Numbered from the whole stretch's first letter, positions 48,654 through 62,642 are shown. The stretch is 62,941 nt of DNA, filler included, from Octopus bimaculoides (GCF_001194135.2; 6 parts of 6 records of this genome joined end to end with filler, not necessarily neighbours in it); one strand, 5' to 3'. Notes: generated by a model not told the origin, from the letters alone. Made by a program: numbers and translations.

Positions 48654-50436
48654 TATATACATANNNNNNNNNNNNNNNNNNNNNNNNNNNNNNNNNNNNN
48701 NNNNNNNNNNNNNNNNNNNNNNNNNNNNNNNNNNNNNNNNNNNNNNNNNNNNNNNNNNNNNNNNNNNNNNNNNNNNNNNNNNNNNNNNNNNNNNNNNNNN
48801 NNNNNNNNNNNNNNNNNNNNNNNNNNNNNNNNNNNNNNNNNNNNNNNNNNNNNNNNNNNNNNNNNNNNNNNNNNNNNNNNNNNNNNNNNNNNNNNNNNNN
48901 NNNNNNNNNNNNNNNNNNNNNNNNNNNNNNNNNNNNNNNNNNNNNNNNNNNNNNNNNNNNNNNNNNNNNNNNNNNNNNNNNNNNNNNNNNNNNNNNNNNN
49001 NNNNNNNNNNNNNNNNNNNNNNNNNNNNNNNNNNNNNNNNNNNNNNNNNNNNNNNNNNNNNNNNNNNNNNNNNNNNNNNNNNNNNNNNNNNNNNNNNNNN
49101 NNNNNNNNNNNNNNNNNNNNNNNNNNNNNNNNNNNNNNNNNNNNNNNNNNNNNNNNNNNNNNNNNNNNNNNNNNNNNNNNNNNNNNNNNNNNNNNNNNNN
49201 NNNNNNNNNNNNNNNNNNNNNNNNNNNNNNNNNNNNNNNNNNNNNNNNNNNNNNNNNNNNNNNNNNNATATATATATATATATACATCCATCTACCCATT
49301 TTCGCTGCCCACTATTTTTGGGTGGGTGTTGTGCATACAGTCATCAGGCAACCATCGTCGTTAAACTTTTTATACTTCTACACACTTAAATACACACGCA
49401 TACACACACACACGCATATACACACGCGCGCGCGCACGCACACACGCACACTCGCATACAGAAACACATTATCAGATATCCACAGCCATATGCATACATA
49501 CATTCATGTATATACATCCATATAAACGTACAGACGTACATACTTGCACATATCTGTATGTGTGGATACAAGTATGCATGAGCTGTATTAGTAATAAGCG
49601 TAAACGTAAACAGTTCATAGTTGCAAGAAAGTAAATTAAAGGTCATATGTAATTAATCTTAAGAATTTGTGCGTGTGTCATCTGGCCTCCAAAGTTAAGG
49701 ACTCTTCTGTTATTTTGTATAAGGATATCGAAAATCATTTATACCGTAGCACAGAAGAGAGGAAGCAATTAATGGTTGATTTATGCTTAATTATTAGTTC
49801 ATATCGTCTTACGTATAATAACACTTAGGTAAAAGCAAATGTAAGGTTTCTGAGGAATCGAATTTATAATTTTTGTAATATTTTTACTCGTTTGACATTT
49901 ACGTATGCATCTCTCACAGTCTTTCTCTTTCTCTCTTTCTCTCTCTTTCCCTCTCTCTCTCTCTCTTTCTTATATATATATGTGTGTGTAATACACACAC
50001 ATATGCACATAATGATATGTGTATTTCAGTATTTGTATGCATATTTACATATTTACGCACATACATTTATCTAAGAAAAATGTTGTAGTTTGTTTGAAGC
50101 GTTTTAGAAGAACAATAAACGAAACGGAAAAAGGTTCATCTTACGAAGAGTACAGTCAAAGAAATGTGCATCTACGTAGCTCCTGTCTGTACTTTTCTGA
50201 AGAAGGATTTTTGCTCCTGAAATATGTAAAGATTTCTAAACGTTCATCTCTGCATTGATTAGAAGCTTTCCTCATTTCCTGTTTCATTTATTATACATCT
50301 AAATTTCTCCAGTACAACATATGTAAATAGGTAAATGAATGTGTGTGTTCTTGCGCGTCATTAAAATGTAAAATCAGAAAATCAGTAAATAGTAACCGAA
50401 ACAAGACTCAATAAAAGATGTAGAGACAAATATTTA

Positions 50437-50840
50437 CGGCATACTCTTTTACTTTTTTACTTGTTTCAGCCATTTGACTGTGGCCATGCTGGAGCACCGC
50501 CTTTAGTCGAGCAAATCGACCCCAGGACTTATTCTTTGTAAGCCTAGTACTTATTCTATCGGCCTCTTTTTGCCGAACCGCTAAGATACGGGAACGTAAA
50601 CACACCAGCATCAGTTGTGAAGCGATGTTGGGGGGACAAACACAGACACACAAACACACACATATATATACATATATACGACGGGCTTCTTTTAGTTTCT
50701 GTCTACCAAATCCACTCACAAGGCTTTGGTCGGCCTGAGGCTATAGTAGAAGACACTTGCCCAAGGTGCCACGCAGTGGGACTGAACCCGGAACCATGTG
50801 GTTGGTAAGCAAGCTACTTGCCACAACAGCCACTCCTGCG
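50437..50840 (-). mobile_element. SINE family A, young near-consensus copy
   Basis: Complete head, core, internal microsatellite and tail with CpGs intact. Confidence 0.92.
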
Positions 50841-51437
50841 CATTTTGAGATTTGCTAGAAAAAGGCGGCGAGGAAAATTCATTAAGAAAGAGTAATACGT
50901 TATAACATAGAATCGACAAGTGGTCGGTTTATATTCATAAGAATAAAACGTGGGATAGGTTAAATGCAGTGTTTTTGAGTATTTTGCGACAGGCAGCCCG
51001 TGACTGGGATTTGTTTTATAACTGTTGACGCCTATTTAAAAGTAGGAAACTTCTTTGATGACATTAAACGCTTGAACCGCCCACCCCTATAACTGAATAT
51101 ACAACCACAATATAGCTATGACCTTCCAACCCTTGCAAAAGTATTATCGGCAATTTACTTTAAAGTGTTGCTTGGAAAATGCTTTCCTTATCTTCTAATG
51201 GTTAGACGTTTAAAGAAATTATTTAATGAGGCTATTGTGATTAAGTACTTACAAGGTGTGTCTTTACTGAGGAAGTAAAATATAATCCAAATACTCTCAG
51301 CACTGTAGGTGGCGTAAATTTTGCACTAAAATTCGATATGAGAGTTTCTCTCGTGGTAACTACTGCAGTATTGTTTGTTCTAAGAGAATGGGGGGGGATA
51401 TTTAAGCGTGTGTATATATATATTTAAGTGTATACAT

Positions 51438-51468
<31 letters not shown>

Positions 51469-51787
51469 NNNNNNNNNNNNNNNNNNNNNNNNNNNNNNNN
51501 NNNNNNNNNNNNNNNNNNNNNNNNNNNNNNNNNNNNNNNNNNNNNNNNNNNNNNNNNNNNNNNNNNNNNNNNNNNNNNNNNNNNNNNNNNNNNNNNNNNN
51601 NNNNNNNNNNNNNNNNNNNNNNNNNNNNNNNNNNNNNNNNNNNNNNNNNNNNNNNNNNNNNNNNNNNNNNNNNNNNNNNNNNNNNNNNNNNNNNNNNNNN
51701 NNNNNNNNNNNNNNNNNNNNNNNNNNNNNNNNNNNNNNNNNNNNNNNNNNNNNNNNNNNNNNNNNNNNNNNNNNNNNNNNNNNNNNN

Positions 51788-51912
51788 CAACAAGGATATT
51801 CAAAGTTAATGCAGTACGATCGTTTCATGCGACTCCATTTATTTAAGCAATGCTTAAATAAATGGAGTCGCATGAAACGATCGTACTGCATTAATTTTGA
51901 ATATCCTTGTTG
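51788..51912. repeat. 125-bp palindrome (62-bp arms, 1-nt loop, 1 mismatch)
   Basis: CAACAAGGATATTCAAAGTTAATGCAGTACGATCGTTTCATGCGACTCCATTTATTTAAGCA-A-reverse complement. Confidence 0.95.
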
Positions 51913-52327
51913 CTTATTTTGATTTTAATCACCTTATTTTGGAATTGTTTGGATAATATTATACTTAATTCTGGTGCCTAAACTTAGGTACCATATTCAC
52001 CTTGAATCTAAAATTTTGTATATATACACAGACACATACATATGTATGCGTGTATGCATGTATGTATGTAACTATGTGTGCATGTGTGTATGCCTGTATA
52101 CATATATGTACACCACACTTTGACCCTGTTATGCGTGAGGGAGTGGGGACTCTGAGAGCAAGTCAACACATAGCAAGCCAACCCGAGAAAAGGAAGGAAG
52201 GAAGGAAGTTCTAAATAGTCACTACCTTTTTGAAAAATGAAGATGATACTGGACAATATAATCCCATTTATATAAAAGCGGAAATAAAGATGCATTGTTG
52301 TGAAAATATTTTTACATACTGACCCTT

Positions 52328-52505
52328 AGTGATAAGGCAAAGTGACGCACTTTCGATGGAAGGCATGATCAATAGAATCGATTCTAGGACGTGTATGATA
52401 CTTAATTTTATCGACTTTAGAAACATGAAAAGCGAAGTTGACCTTCGCGGGATCGAACACAGAAAGTAAATGGAGGAAGCTAATTAAATACTGCCTAGCA
52501 TTTAG
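52328..52505 (-). mobile_element. SINE family B, decayed
   Basis: GATAAGGCAAAG..ATTTTATCGAC..GAAAAGCGAAGTTGACCTTCGCGGGATCGAAC. Confidence 0.55.
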
Positions 52506-52648
52506 TATCCAGAGAGAGAGGGTGGGGAGATGGAGAGAGAAAGAAAGCTGCGTGGGAGGCAGTGAAAGAGAAAGAATAAAGAGGGACAAAGAAAGAGAGA
52601 CACATACATTTATAATATATACACTCATATATGTATATACATATACAT

Positions 52649-52680
<32 letters not shown>

Positions 52681-52690
52681 NNNNNNNNNN

Positions 52691-52723
<33 letters not shown>

Positions 52724-52825
52724 CATACATACGTATTTACAGAAATCTCAAAATCAAATAGGCATTCTACATGACATATATGTATATATAGATACCTATG
52801 TATACATATAAATGTATATATACGT

Positions 52826-52856
<31 letters not shown>

Positions 52857-53051
52857 CATACATACATATGGAGAGAGACACGCACACATATATTTATATA
52901 CTTATATGCTTATACATATTTACATATATTCATATATATTAATAAAATAAGGGCGCTCTACTTTTGAGATGTCTGTGTGCGTGTGTGTATATATATATGT
53001 GTGTGTGTGTGCGTAAATGTGTATATATATATATATGTATATATATATATG

Positions 53052-53141
<90 letters not shown>

Positions 53142-53611
53142 CACATAAACGCACAAATATACATAAAGCTGCTGGTACAATGGTTGCCCTGTTCTGTAGA
53201 ATGTACAGCTTTAGCTAGAAGATCCTATGTAGTATTTCATTAACATCAAATACCATCTGAGAGCAATGGCCTTACAACGTCCATTTTGCTGTTTATATCA
53301 ACCATCCAAGCTAACATACTATATCTTTTGTAATTATGTCTTCTTTTTTTTTTAAATTACATTACGCTACATTACATTACATTACATCACATTACACAGT
53401 AATGGAGGTACAAGGGGTTACAAAGTAGAGATTTTAGCAAACATCTGTGTAAAGGGTTGGGGGATGATTTAGTTGGTATGCAGGAAAGGTTTTATGTGTT
53501 AGGATGAATGCTGAGGAACAAATACGCTGTTGTCGCTTGGGGTGTTTACATCGGAAGTTCGAAAAACGTGTGCCCAATAAAATACGAAATAGGGGAAGTA
53601 GTACATGGAGA

Positions 53612-53644
<33 letters not shown>

Positions 53645-53896
53645 ACACACACACATACGCACAGAGGGGCACATGCACACACAGTGGCTTACATCATATA
53701 CATACTTGCATACATGTATGTATACATAAATATTTTTAGCTTTCTTTCTTTCTTTTTTCTTTCTCCTTTTTCTTTCTTTCTTTCTTTCTTTCTTTCTTTA
53801 ATTCTTTCTCTCTCTCTCTCTCTCTCTCCCTCCTCTTCTTCATAGACACATGCATACCTATATACTGCTTTATATATAAATCTGGAATCCTTTAAA

Positions 53897-53942
<46 letters not shown>

Positions 53943-53962
53943 GGGGAAGGGTGTCGAATCTA

Positions 53963-54042
53963 GGCAGCCTATACTCAAGGCAGCCTATACTCAAGGCAAC
54001 CTATACTCAAGGCAGCCTATACTCAAGGCAGCCGATATTCAA
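53963..54042. repeat. 16-bp minisatellite x5 (GGCAGCCTATACTCAA)
   Basis: Five contiguous units, the third and fifth with substitutions. Confidence 0.92.
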
Positions 54043-54160
54043 ACTAAAACTAGAATTATCAATTATGAAACAAAAATGTAAAGGAATAAAATGTCGCAAA
54101 ATTCATTGAACGGCTACTATTTAAATGTTACATTGACTCTATACCCACTGCATTTCAAGT

Positions 54161-54210
<50 letters not shown>

Positions 54211-55635
54211 CGTGTATGTGTATTCACACACACACATATATCCGCGCGCACACACACACACATAAATATTATGTATTGTTCTGCTATTGGTGGGATCATC
54301 AAGAAAAGTACACTATCCACCGTGAGATAAATGCCATATAAAAAATATGCAGGATTTAAATGCGAGCTACTATAATTTTAGAGCTCTGATACTACAATTA
54401 ATTAGTTGGACGATCTTTTTAAATATCAGAACTCAAACGACCAACTGGAACCTTGTTCCTAAATTTATACTAAATGCATACATCTCGACAAGTTTCTATT
54501 ATTAAAGTGGAGAACACTGCACTCTCCGGATTAGACATACAGTCTAATAAACTTTTCCACCACTGAATTAATTTTGCCAACTATTGCATGCTTTTTATCA
54601 GAGAGCAGCCATGTTGTATTTTGAGTCGGGAACATTGCATGATAGCACAATACACGCTATACAAACTCATCCAAATATTGTATTATCAGAGCATGAGACC
54701 ATATATGTACACTTACAAATAGATACCCCCATATATATNNNNNNNNNNNNNNNNNNNNNNNNNNNNNNNNNNNNNNNNNNNNNNNNNNNNNNNNNNNNNN
54801 NNNNNNNNNNNNNNNNNNNNNNNNNNNNNNNNNNNNNNNNNNNNNNNNNNNNNNNNNNNNNNNNNNNNNNNNNNNNNNNNNNNNNATATATATATATATA
54901 TATATATAAAACATGTTTACATATATGGAAATACCCCTGTATAGAAAGTGCAGATATATGCATTGTTATGTTTGTAATAGTGTTAATGATTGTTCTGGTA
55001 TAAACCTATACTTAAATTCTTATTAAATGTGCCACTTTATATGTATTTGCTTGTCTGTTTGCTTTTATGTATGTGTGTGTGTGTGTGTGTATGTAATTGT
55101 GTATCTTCACGCGTGCGTACGTGCTAGTGTATGTGATGCATGTACAAATCTACATATGCACTTATGCATAAAATCCATACACAAGTTTCTCGCTGATAAT
55201 CTCTACACTCTAGTGACTCTACACCCTTACGAAGCAAGTATGTAGATGACTTCAATGATATTTTGCATATCTAAGCATAAGCATACACATACTTGCAAGT
55301 ATGTGTTTCTCTCCACACAAGCGCACTTCAAGTTTTAGCTCTCATTTTTTCCACGCATTTCCCTCTCTTATTCTTTGTCTGCCTTTCTCCAATGTCTTCA
55401 ATCACCATCTCGTTTATGCTACCTTCCCTCTCAAGTTAATTTTCTTGCTCTCTGCCTCAAGTCTTTTTTTTTTTTTTTATATCTGTTGGAATTTGGAAAA
55501 TCCAATGAAAGAAATACGTATGTGTATGTTTATGTGCAGTAGGTATGATAAGTGAATAGCACGAAGCTTTCACCACTTGGATCACTTTCTGAACATTTTG
55601 ATGATATTGAGATATATATATATATATATGTTGAG

Positions 55636-55678
<43 letters not shown>

Positions 55679-55899
55679 CGTGCGTGTGTACATAAATATA
55701 TATATATATATGTATACACACNNNNNNNNNNNNNNNNNNNNNNNNNNNNNNNNNNNNNNNNNNNNTTAATTAATTAANNNNNNNNNNNNNNNNNNNNNNN
55801 NNNNNNNNNNNNNNNNNNNNNGAACCTGTCTGGAGAAGTCACTGCATGCCATGAAAACTCCAAAGTAACAGGCCAGTGGATCAGCCAAAATGTACTCCG

Positions 55900-55958
<59 letters not shown>

Positions 55959-57011
55959 GCCTGTCTGTCTGTCTGTCTGTCTGTCCATCTATCTGTTTGT
56001 CTGTCTGTCTATGTGTGTATGCGTGCGCACGTCAGTGTATAAATATGTATGTGTGTATGAGTGTGTGTGTATACGTGTGCATGTGTATGTGTAAAGAGGA
56101 AAGCCACGTCGGTGCTTGAGTTTTCTTATTTCCATTTAATATCATTATGTATAGCATGGAATAATGTCGTTCCCAAGTCCATTTATGTTTCAAGATCACT
56201 TTAGTATCATCATATGAATGGAACGACAATAACATTGATATATCGTTCGTGCGCTTTGCATTAGGTCAGATCCGAAAAGATCATGGGAAAACTGTTATCT
56301 ATAGAATACTAAAATTAAAATTCGGTTTGCCTGCATATATGTTTCTTAATTGTTGACTAAATATGAATTGTCGCATTAAAATGTTTAGATCTATGTTATC
56401 TTATACAAAAGTCCTTGTGCTCAAAAAAAAAAAAAAAAAAATAGAGTGAATGTGACTCCGAGAAGTTTCAAAACCGAAAAGAGTTTGTTTATAGCAATTG
56501 AGACCAGTTCCAAATGAGAGGGATAATCCTAAGAATGAATTGAATCAAGTTGGCATGTCTTTAAGGAAAAGAACAAGCTTCTTGCTTAGAGATAAGTCAG
56601 TAATGGTCACATGACTTTGACTTCATAGACATCGTCAGCACGTTAATTGTCTAACCTTATCTCCAGAAGCCATGAAGTGTGAGAACTCTCGGTATGTTGT
56701 TAAACCATTTATATCTTGAATTCTTCTACACATGTTTCGACGGGTGCACTCCAGAATGGCTGACAGGATAAATTATGGTCAGAAATGCATCAATCTCATC
56801 AGGAAAGATATAAATAACAAACTCATCAAACAAACATGGAATCAGCAGACTTAAAAACGCCGTTTACCAATGCAAGGTTACCTCTGATAACAAAGAATAT
56901 TTTAATATTGGATTATCCTCAACATTTTTGAAATCCCGTGTATATACATATATATATGCATATATACATACATATATGTACATACTTATATATACATGTA
57001 TATACATATGC

Positions 57012-58344
57012 ATATATGGGTACAGGATGTCATAAAACGTAAACAACATGAAATATGAAAACAACATGAAATATGAAAACAACATGAAATATGAAAACAA
57101 CATGAAATACGCAAACATGGAATACGAACTTTTTTGAGAACAACAAAAGAAACAAATGGAAAACAAAATAAGTAAAATAAAGAACGACCCTTCATCAGTT
57201 GTCGGCTATTTTATCTACTCCACATTTCGAGCAATTACGACAAGATGTGTCTTCAAGAAAACAGTTGCTCCTGTAAAGCAAAATAAAATTTTGGATTTGC
57301 AGAGAGCCTAAGTCGGTAACCAAAATAGGATAGTGAAAACAAACAGTAAGGGCTGCTAAGCCATAACGAGGTGATGTGGCGAACGCTGGAGGAACAAGCT
57401 TTGACAAGAGAAAAGATAGGAAAGGATACAGACACGAATGCGTGTGATCTGTGTGGCAGATCGAAAGGAAAGAAAGAAGTTATGAAAAGAAAGATGGCTG
57501 ATGGTCACGCGTGAGCAGCGAGAAAGTACAGGAGGAAGAATGAGAAAGAGAGAGGGACAGAGAGAGAACGGTGAAGGGGAGAGGAAAAGAATTAGAGAAA
57601 AAAAAAGAAGAGGAAACGAAAGTGGGGGGAGAGAATAGTACAGAGAGTCGCTTCAAAATTATCAAGATAAGCATACTTGGAAATGGATGCGTGGCGTTCA
57701 ATCATATAATAATATAAANNNNNNNNNNNNNNNNNNNNNNNNNNNNNNNNNNNNNNNNNNNNNNNNNNNNNNNNNNNNNNNNNNNNNNNNNNNNNNNNNN
57801 NNNNNNNNNNNNNNNNNNNNNNNNNNNNNNNNNNNNNNNNNNNNNNNNNNNNNNNNNNNNNNNNNNNNNNNNNNNNNNTATATATATACATACATGTACA
57901 TATTTACATATACATGAATATACATATGGATATATGGGTGCAGGACGTCATAAAACGTAAACAATATGAAATACGTAATACGAAAACATGGGATACGAAC
58001 TTTTTTTGCGAACAACGAAAGAAACAAATGGAAAACAAGACAAGTAACATAAAGAACGGCCCTTCATCAGTTGTCAGCTGATTTATCTACTCCACATTTT
58101 GAGCAATTACGACAAGGTGTGTCCTCGAGAAAACAGTGGATCCCGCAAAGAAAAATATAATTTTGGATTTGCGGAGGGTCAAAGTTGGTAACAAAAACAA
58201 GTTGCTCAGACGTGAGCATCAGCCATCTTTCTTTTCCTAACTTGAGTTTCTTTCTTTCTTTTTGATCTGTCACACAGATTACACGCATTCTTGCCTGTCT
58301 CCTCTCCTATCATTTCTCCTGACAAAGCTTGTTTATTCAGCTTT
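57012..58344. mobile_element. Two copies of an unclassified interspersed repeat (57012-57525 and 57931-58344); copy 2 internally inverted; possibly Penelope-like
   Basis: Shared ATATGGGT.CAGGA.GTCATAAAACGTAAAC..CCCTTCATCAGTTGTC..TCTACTCCACATTT; 58202-58344 is the reverse complement of about 57385-57522. Confidence 0.7.
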
Positions 58345-58799
58345 NNNNNNNNNNNNNNNNNNNNNNNNNNNNNNNNNNNNNNNNNNNNTTAATTAATTAA
58401 NNNNNNNNNNNNNNNNNNNNNNNNNNNNNNNNNNNNNNNNNNNNCAAAATATCTTCGCAGAAAACAGCTTCAGGAGTTGTGAAGAAAGAATTTGAACGTA
58501 GTCTGTTTCTGAGAACTATTCTATTGGATCTCTGTCTAATAACGTCTTTTAAGGTACACACACATACATAGAAAATGTGAGGACATGGTAGAAAATTCCT
58601 ACGATAGTTGATTTATAAAAAAGATTATGTGAAATTTTTGAACTGCAAATCTGTGAATGAAAATTAAGTTCAGACCTCTACATGGTAAGTAGANNNNNNN
58701 NNNNNNNNNNNNNNNNNNNNNNNNNNNNNNNNNNNNNNNNNNNNNNNNNNNNNNNNNNNNNNNNNNNNNNNNNNNNNNNNNNNNNATGAAGATAATTAA

Positions 58800-60620
58800 C
58801 CCCACAAAGAGGTGAAAGAAGAGAGACAGCATAGCAGCAGTTTTGGCTGACTGTCATCCTGTAGTTCCGTTGTTGCTGTGTGAGCAACTGGTTGTTTTAA
58901 TGGCGGAACAAAGAGGGGAATTGCATTAGATAAAGTTTTAATCGATTTTCTCGGTAAGTATGGTGGCTAGGTAAAAATAGAAAAGGAATTAAGAAGTTGA
59001 CGTTAAGAATTGCTTTAACAGTTCGAAAATGTTTGACATTTCAATCATCATTAGTACATTCGTGAAAACACGTTATTTCACTTTGTACATAGTTGAGTTA
59101 TAGTATCCGCCATTGTTTCACATGATATCTAAATAAACTCAATGAATTTTGGAAGATTTTTTTTTCCACATTCTTTTTGCATCGATTTTTTTTCAACTTT
59201 GAAAATAGGAGTTTCATGCTATCAAGCAGTGATTTCGAATTTGAAGGNNNNNNNNNNGATTTCGAATTTGAAGGTTTTTCAACGGACGATAAGGAGATAT
59301 CGAGAAAAAGAATGAATGAAGTACAAAAGCACATGGTGTATGAGAATGAATCGGATATTTCTGTATTCAAAACCGAAAGCAGCAATTCTGAAGAAACTAA
59401 AAGCGGCGATAGCGACAGCGAGGACAATTTTACACCAGAATGGAATAAAAACTTTTAAAATATNNNNNNNNNNACAGCGAGGACAATTTTACACCAGAAT
59501 GGAATAAAAACTTTTAAAATATGACCCCTCATCAACTGCGTCCAAAATGCATATTAAACACTTTACAACCCTGAGAGATACTTATCCATTGATGAGGACA
59601 TGTTGGGGTATATAGGAAGGGTATGCTTCTGACAGTATATGCCAGGAAAGCCGACGAAGTGGGGGATCAAAGTTTGGAAAATTTGTGAAGCAAATATTGG
59701 GTACTGCTGTGGATTTAGTTTTTATACAGAGAAAAGAGACAATAATGNNNNNNNNNNATAATGTTAGTCAGCATGGCCTAGGGTACGATGTGGTCTGGAA
59801 TTTATCATTTCCATACTATAACCAGAGCCGTATATTATTTTTTGACTGATTTTTAGTTCTGTCAAACTTGCAGTGGATTTAGAAGCNNNNNNNNNNTTTT
59901 TTGACTGATTTTTAGTTCTGTCAAACTTGCAGTGGATTTAGAAGCTGTGACAACGTATACGTGTCCTAATTGCTAGTAGAAAAGGGCTGCCGTTGGCGAT
60001 AATAAAAGGTGAAATAATCCAACGGCAGAAAGGAAATCTGCTAGCAACCGCATANNNNNNNNNNGCAGAAAGGAAATCTGCTAGCAACCGCATACAGAGA
60101 TAAGAGGCAGATAATATTTGTATCTACCAGTGCACAGCCATGTGTAGATGAAAATGGCACCCCGTTTGTGAAGCTTGATTATAACAGGAACATGAGCAGC
60201 GTGGATCGGCTAAACCAGATGATGAATTATTATCCGGTTGGTAGACCGGGGATTAAATGGTGGTGATACCTGGTTTGGTATATAGCAAACATGAGCATTT
60301 ATATTATATGCCAAATCAGGAGGGGTTCGTAAGTGGTGAGACCATCTGCAGTCCCGAGCAGATGTAACAACACAGTTGAGGGTAGATTATTCCTCCAAAA
60401 ACATAACTGCAGGGAGGAAAAGTAAAACCTGCCAGAGAAATATCTCTCTGAGTTCAGCTGATCTCCTTAAATCAGCAAAAATCCGGGGGTCACAAAAGGC
60501 AGTGCCGTGAATGTCTATCAACAAAGAAAACCTTCCAGTGGACGGCCAGTTGAAACGTCTCTCCAATATGAATTCTGCTAGTATATAGAGTGGGATGTTT
60601 TACAACTTTCTGTGATAGAA
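58800..60620 (+). pseudogene. piggyBac (PGBD4-like) DDD transposase remnant
   Basis: YNPERYLSIDEDM, QYMPGKPTKWGIKVW, GLGYDVVWNL, FFD*FFSS, DYNRNMSSVDRLNQ, C-terminal RQCRECL; TTAA-CCC at 58796-58802. Confidence 0.9.
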
Positions 60621-60899
60621 ATATTACGTGAATATTGTATATATGTTTGATTAGATTTTATAAATATTTTTCAAACTTACTTCGTTTTACTTTTTATTTT
60701 AATTTACCTGTAATTTTAAATTAGCTGTAAGGTGAGTGACAAGTTTTGAATTAATTTCTATTGTAAATCTTAATTATATATGTTCCTGTGTATTCATGTA
60801 TGTGGGTGAGTATATTTCATTCGGTTGTATTTAATTTTCTAGATTTGGTTTGTCTCAAACAAGAAAAACTTTGATCAAGATCAAAAGTTAACAGAAGAA

Positions 60900-61380
60900 A
60901 TGACAAGTGTTATGCATACAAAATTTCCTGCAACTGTCATTAATTTAGGGGTTGTGTGCAATGAAGGATATGTGATGCCTTCTTACTTCTTTCCACAAGG
61001 CCTTAGAGTTGACTCTGACACCTACATTGATGTCCTGGAAATAATTGTTAAGTCTTGGATAGACAGTGTATGCAATAGAAGGCCATATGTGTTTCAGTAA
61101 GATTCTGCACACAAGAATGGATGGCGGAAAATTTTCATGATCACATAACTCCTAACATTTGGTTTCCTAATTCCCCAGATCTTAATCCATTGGACTATTA
61201 CATGTGGAGCGCTGTTGAGGGAGAGGTCAATGAACACGCCCATAATATCAAAAATTCTTTGAAAGCTGCCATAGCCAGAGAAATGTCCAAAATGAATGAG
61301 GACCACTTGATTCAGGGATGTAGATGATTTAGATCTCGCTTTGAAGCAGTCGTTGAAGCTGAAGGTGGCTTTATTGAATA
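60900..61380 (+). pseudogene. Tc1/mariner DD37D (maT-type) transposase C-terminal half
   Basis: LGVVCNEG.VMP.YFFP.GL.V, YVFQ*DSAH, WFPNSPDLNPLDYYMW, EAEGGFIE*. Confidence 0.85.
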
Positions 61381-61999
61381 ACATTAAAGAAAAGAAGGTT
61401 TNNNNNNNNNNNNNNNNNNNNNNNNNNNNNNNNNNNNNNNNNNNNTTAATTAATTAANNNNNNNNNNNNNNNNNNNNNNNNNNNNNNNNNNNNNNNNNNN
61501 NTACATACATATATGCATACATACATACATATATACATACATATATGCATACATACATACATATATACATACATATATACATATAGATATATAGATGTAT
61601 GTTTATATACATATGTACATATATATATATGCACACACACACACACACACATAAACATACACATACATACACACATACAGATATATATGATTTTGTCCTG
61701 TTATTTTGTGCTTTATTTTACTTTGGAAACATAATTGAAATTTTTCTTTAGAAAGTGTACTAAAATCAGTTTAAAGAAAACTGATAAGCGTTATTTACCA
61801 CAACTCCAACATGGGAGTAACATGATTGGCTGTCTGTTCTTTAATTAAAATACTTGTTTCTCATCGGCATCAGTAAATAAAATTTCTTGGATTTCACTAA
61901 ATAATCGATAACATTTAAAGAAATATATAATAGGTAAAATGTATGCACGAAAAAACCCCCCCAAAAAACAACAACTACAATAATGATAATAATCATTCT

Positions 62000-62116
62000 T
62001 TCTACTAAAGGCACAAAGCCCAACATTTTGGGGAAGGTGATTACATTGACCCAGTGTTTCACTGATATTTAATTTATTGACACCGAAAAGATGGAAGGTA
62101 AAGTAAATTTTTGCGG

Positions 62117-62120
<4 letters not shown>
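62000..62120 (-). mobile_element. SINE family B 3' part followed by (ATA)n(ACA)n
   Basis: AAAGGCACAAAGCCC..TTACATTGACCCAGTG..ACCGAAAAGATGGAAGG. Confidence 0.7.
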
Positions 62121-62209
<89 letters not shown>

Positions 62210-62221
62210 CAACAACAACAA

Positions 62222-62642
62222 CATATGCCCTGATGCAGTAGCATGGACTTGCTTTCACGGTTTCTGATCTTAACTGACTGGAAGTACTATCATGTACATT
62301 GTTTTATCTTGGCATAAAAGATGGACTACAGCAAATATTCTGCTTAATACCACAGGTTTACTTGTCAGTTGTTTGATCTTAACAAGTTGAACATGTCCTT
62401 TAGTGGCTGCATGCAGATATGTGCATCTCTGATCACGAGCAGAAGTAGTAGGGGAGCATCATAGCCATGTGTTGAAAGGAATTGTTTGGGGTTTGGTTAT
62501 TCACCTCTGGAAACATGGTTGTGATGCATGCGCCTGGTGTACCCTTATCTGACGGATATTCACGATGGGTATACTGGGTTTCATATATTTTACCCAAGTG
62601 TCACTTTCTTGGTATGCACTGCTCTCTCACTCAATAATAATA
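62222..62642 (+). mobile_element. Non-coding interspersed element embedded in (TAA)n, ending CTCAATAATAATAA
   Basis: Preceded by a long (AAT)n(AAC)n tract; homologous fragment at 34650-34830. Confidence 0.6.

Noticed and set aside
53963-57109. 16-bp and 18-bp repeats as CRISPR arrays
   Set aside because: Contiguous units without unique spacers, no cas genes, eukaryotic context.
56720-57240. Hammerhead ribozyme on the - strand (CTGATGAG...CGAAAC near 56802-56735; CTGATGAAG near 57197)
   Set aside because: Core words are present, but stem II is weak or mismatched and I could not build stems I and III with a UH cleavage site.
59231-60100. Short tandem duplications around 10-N gaps as TSDs or repeats
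   Set aside because: Typical unmerged contig overlaps; the same pattern recurs at every 10-N gap here.
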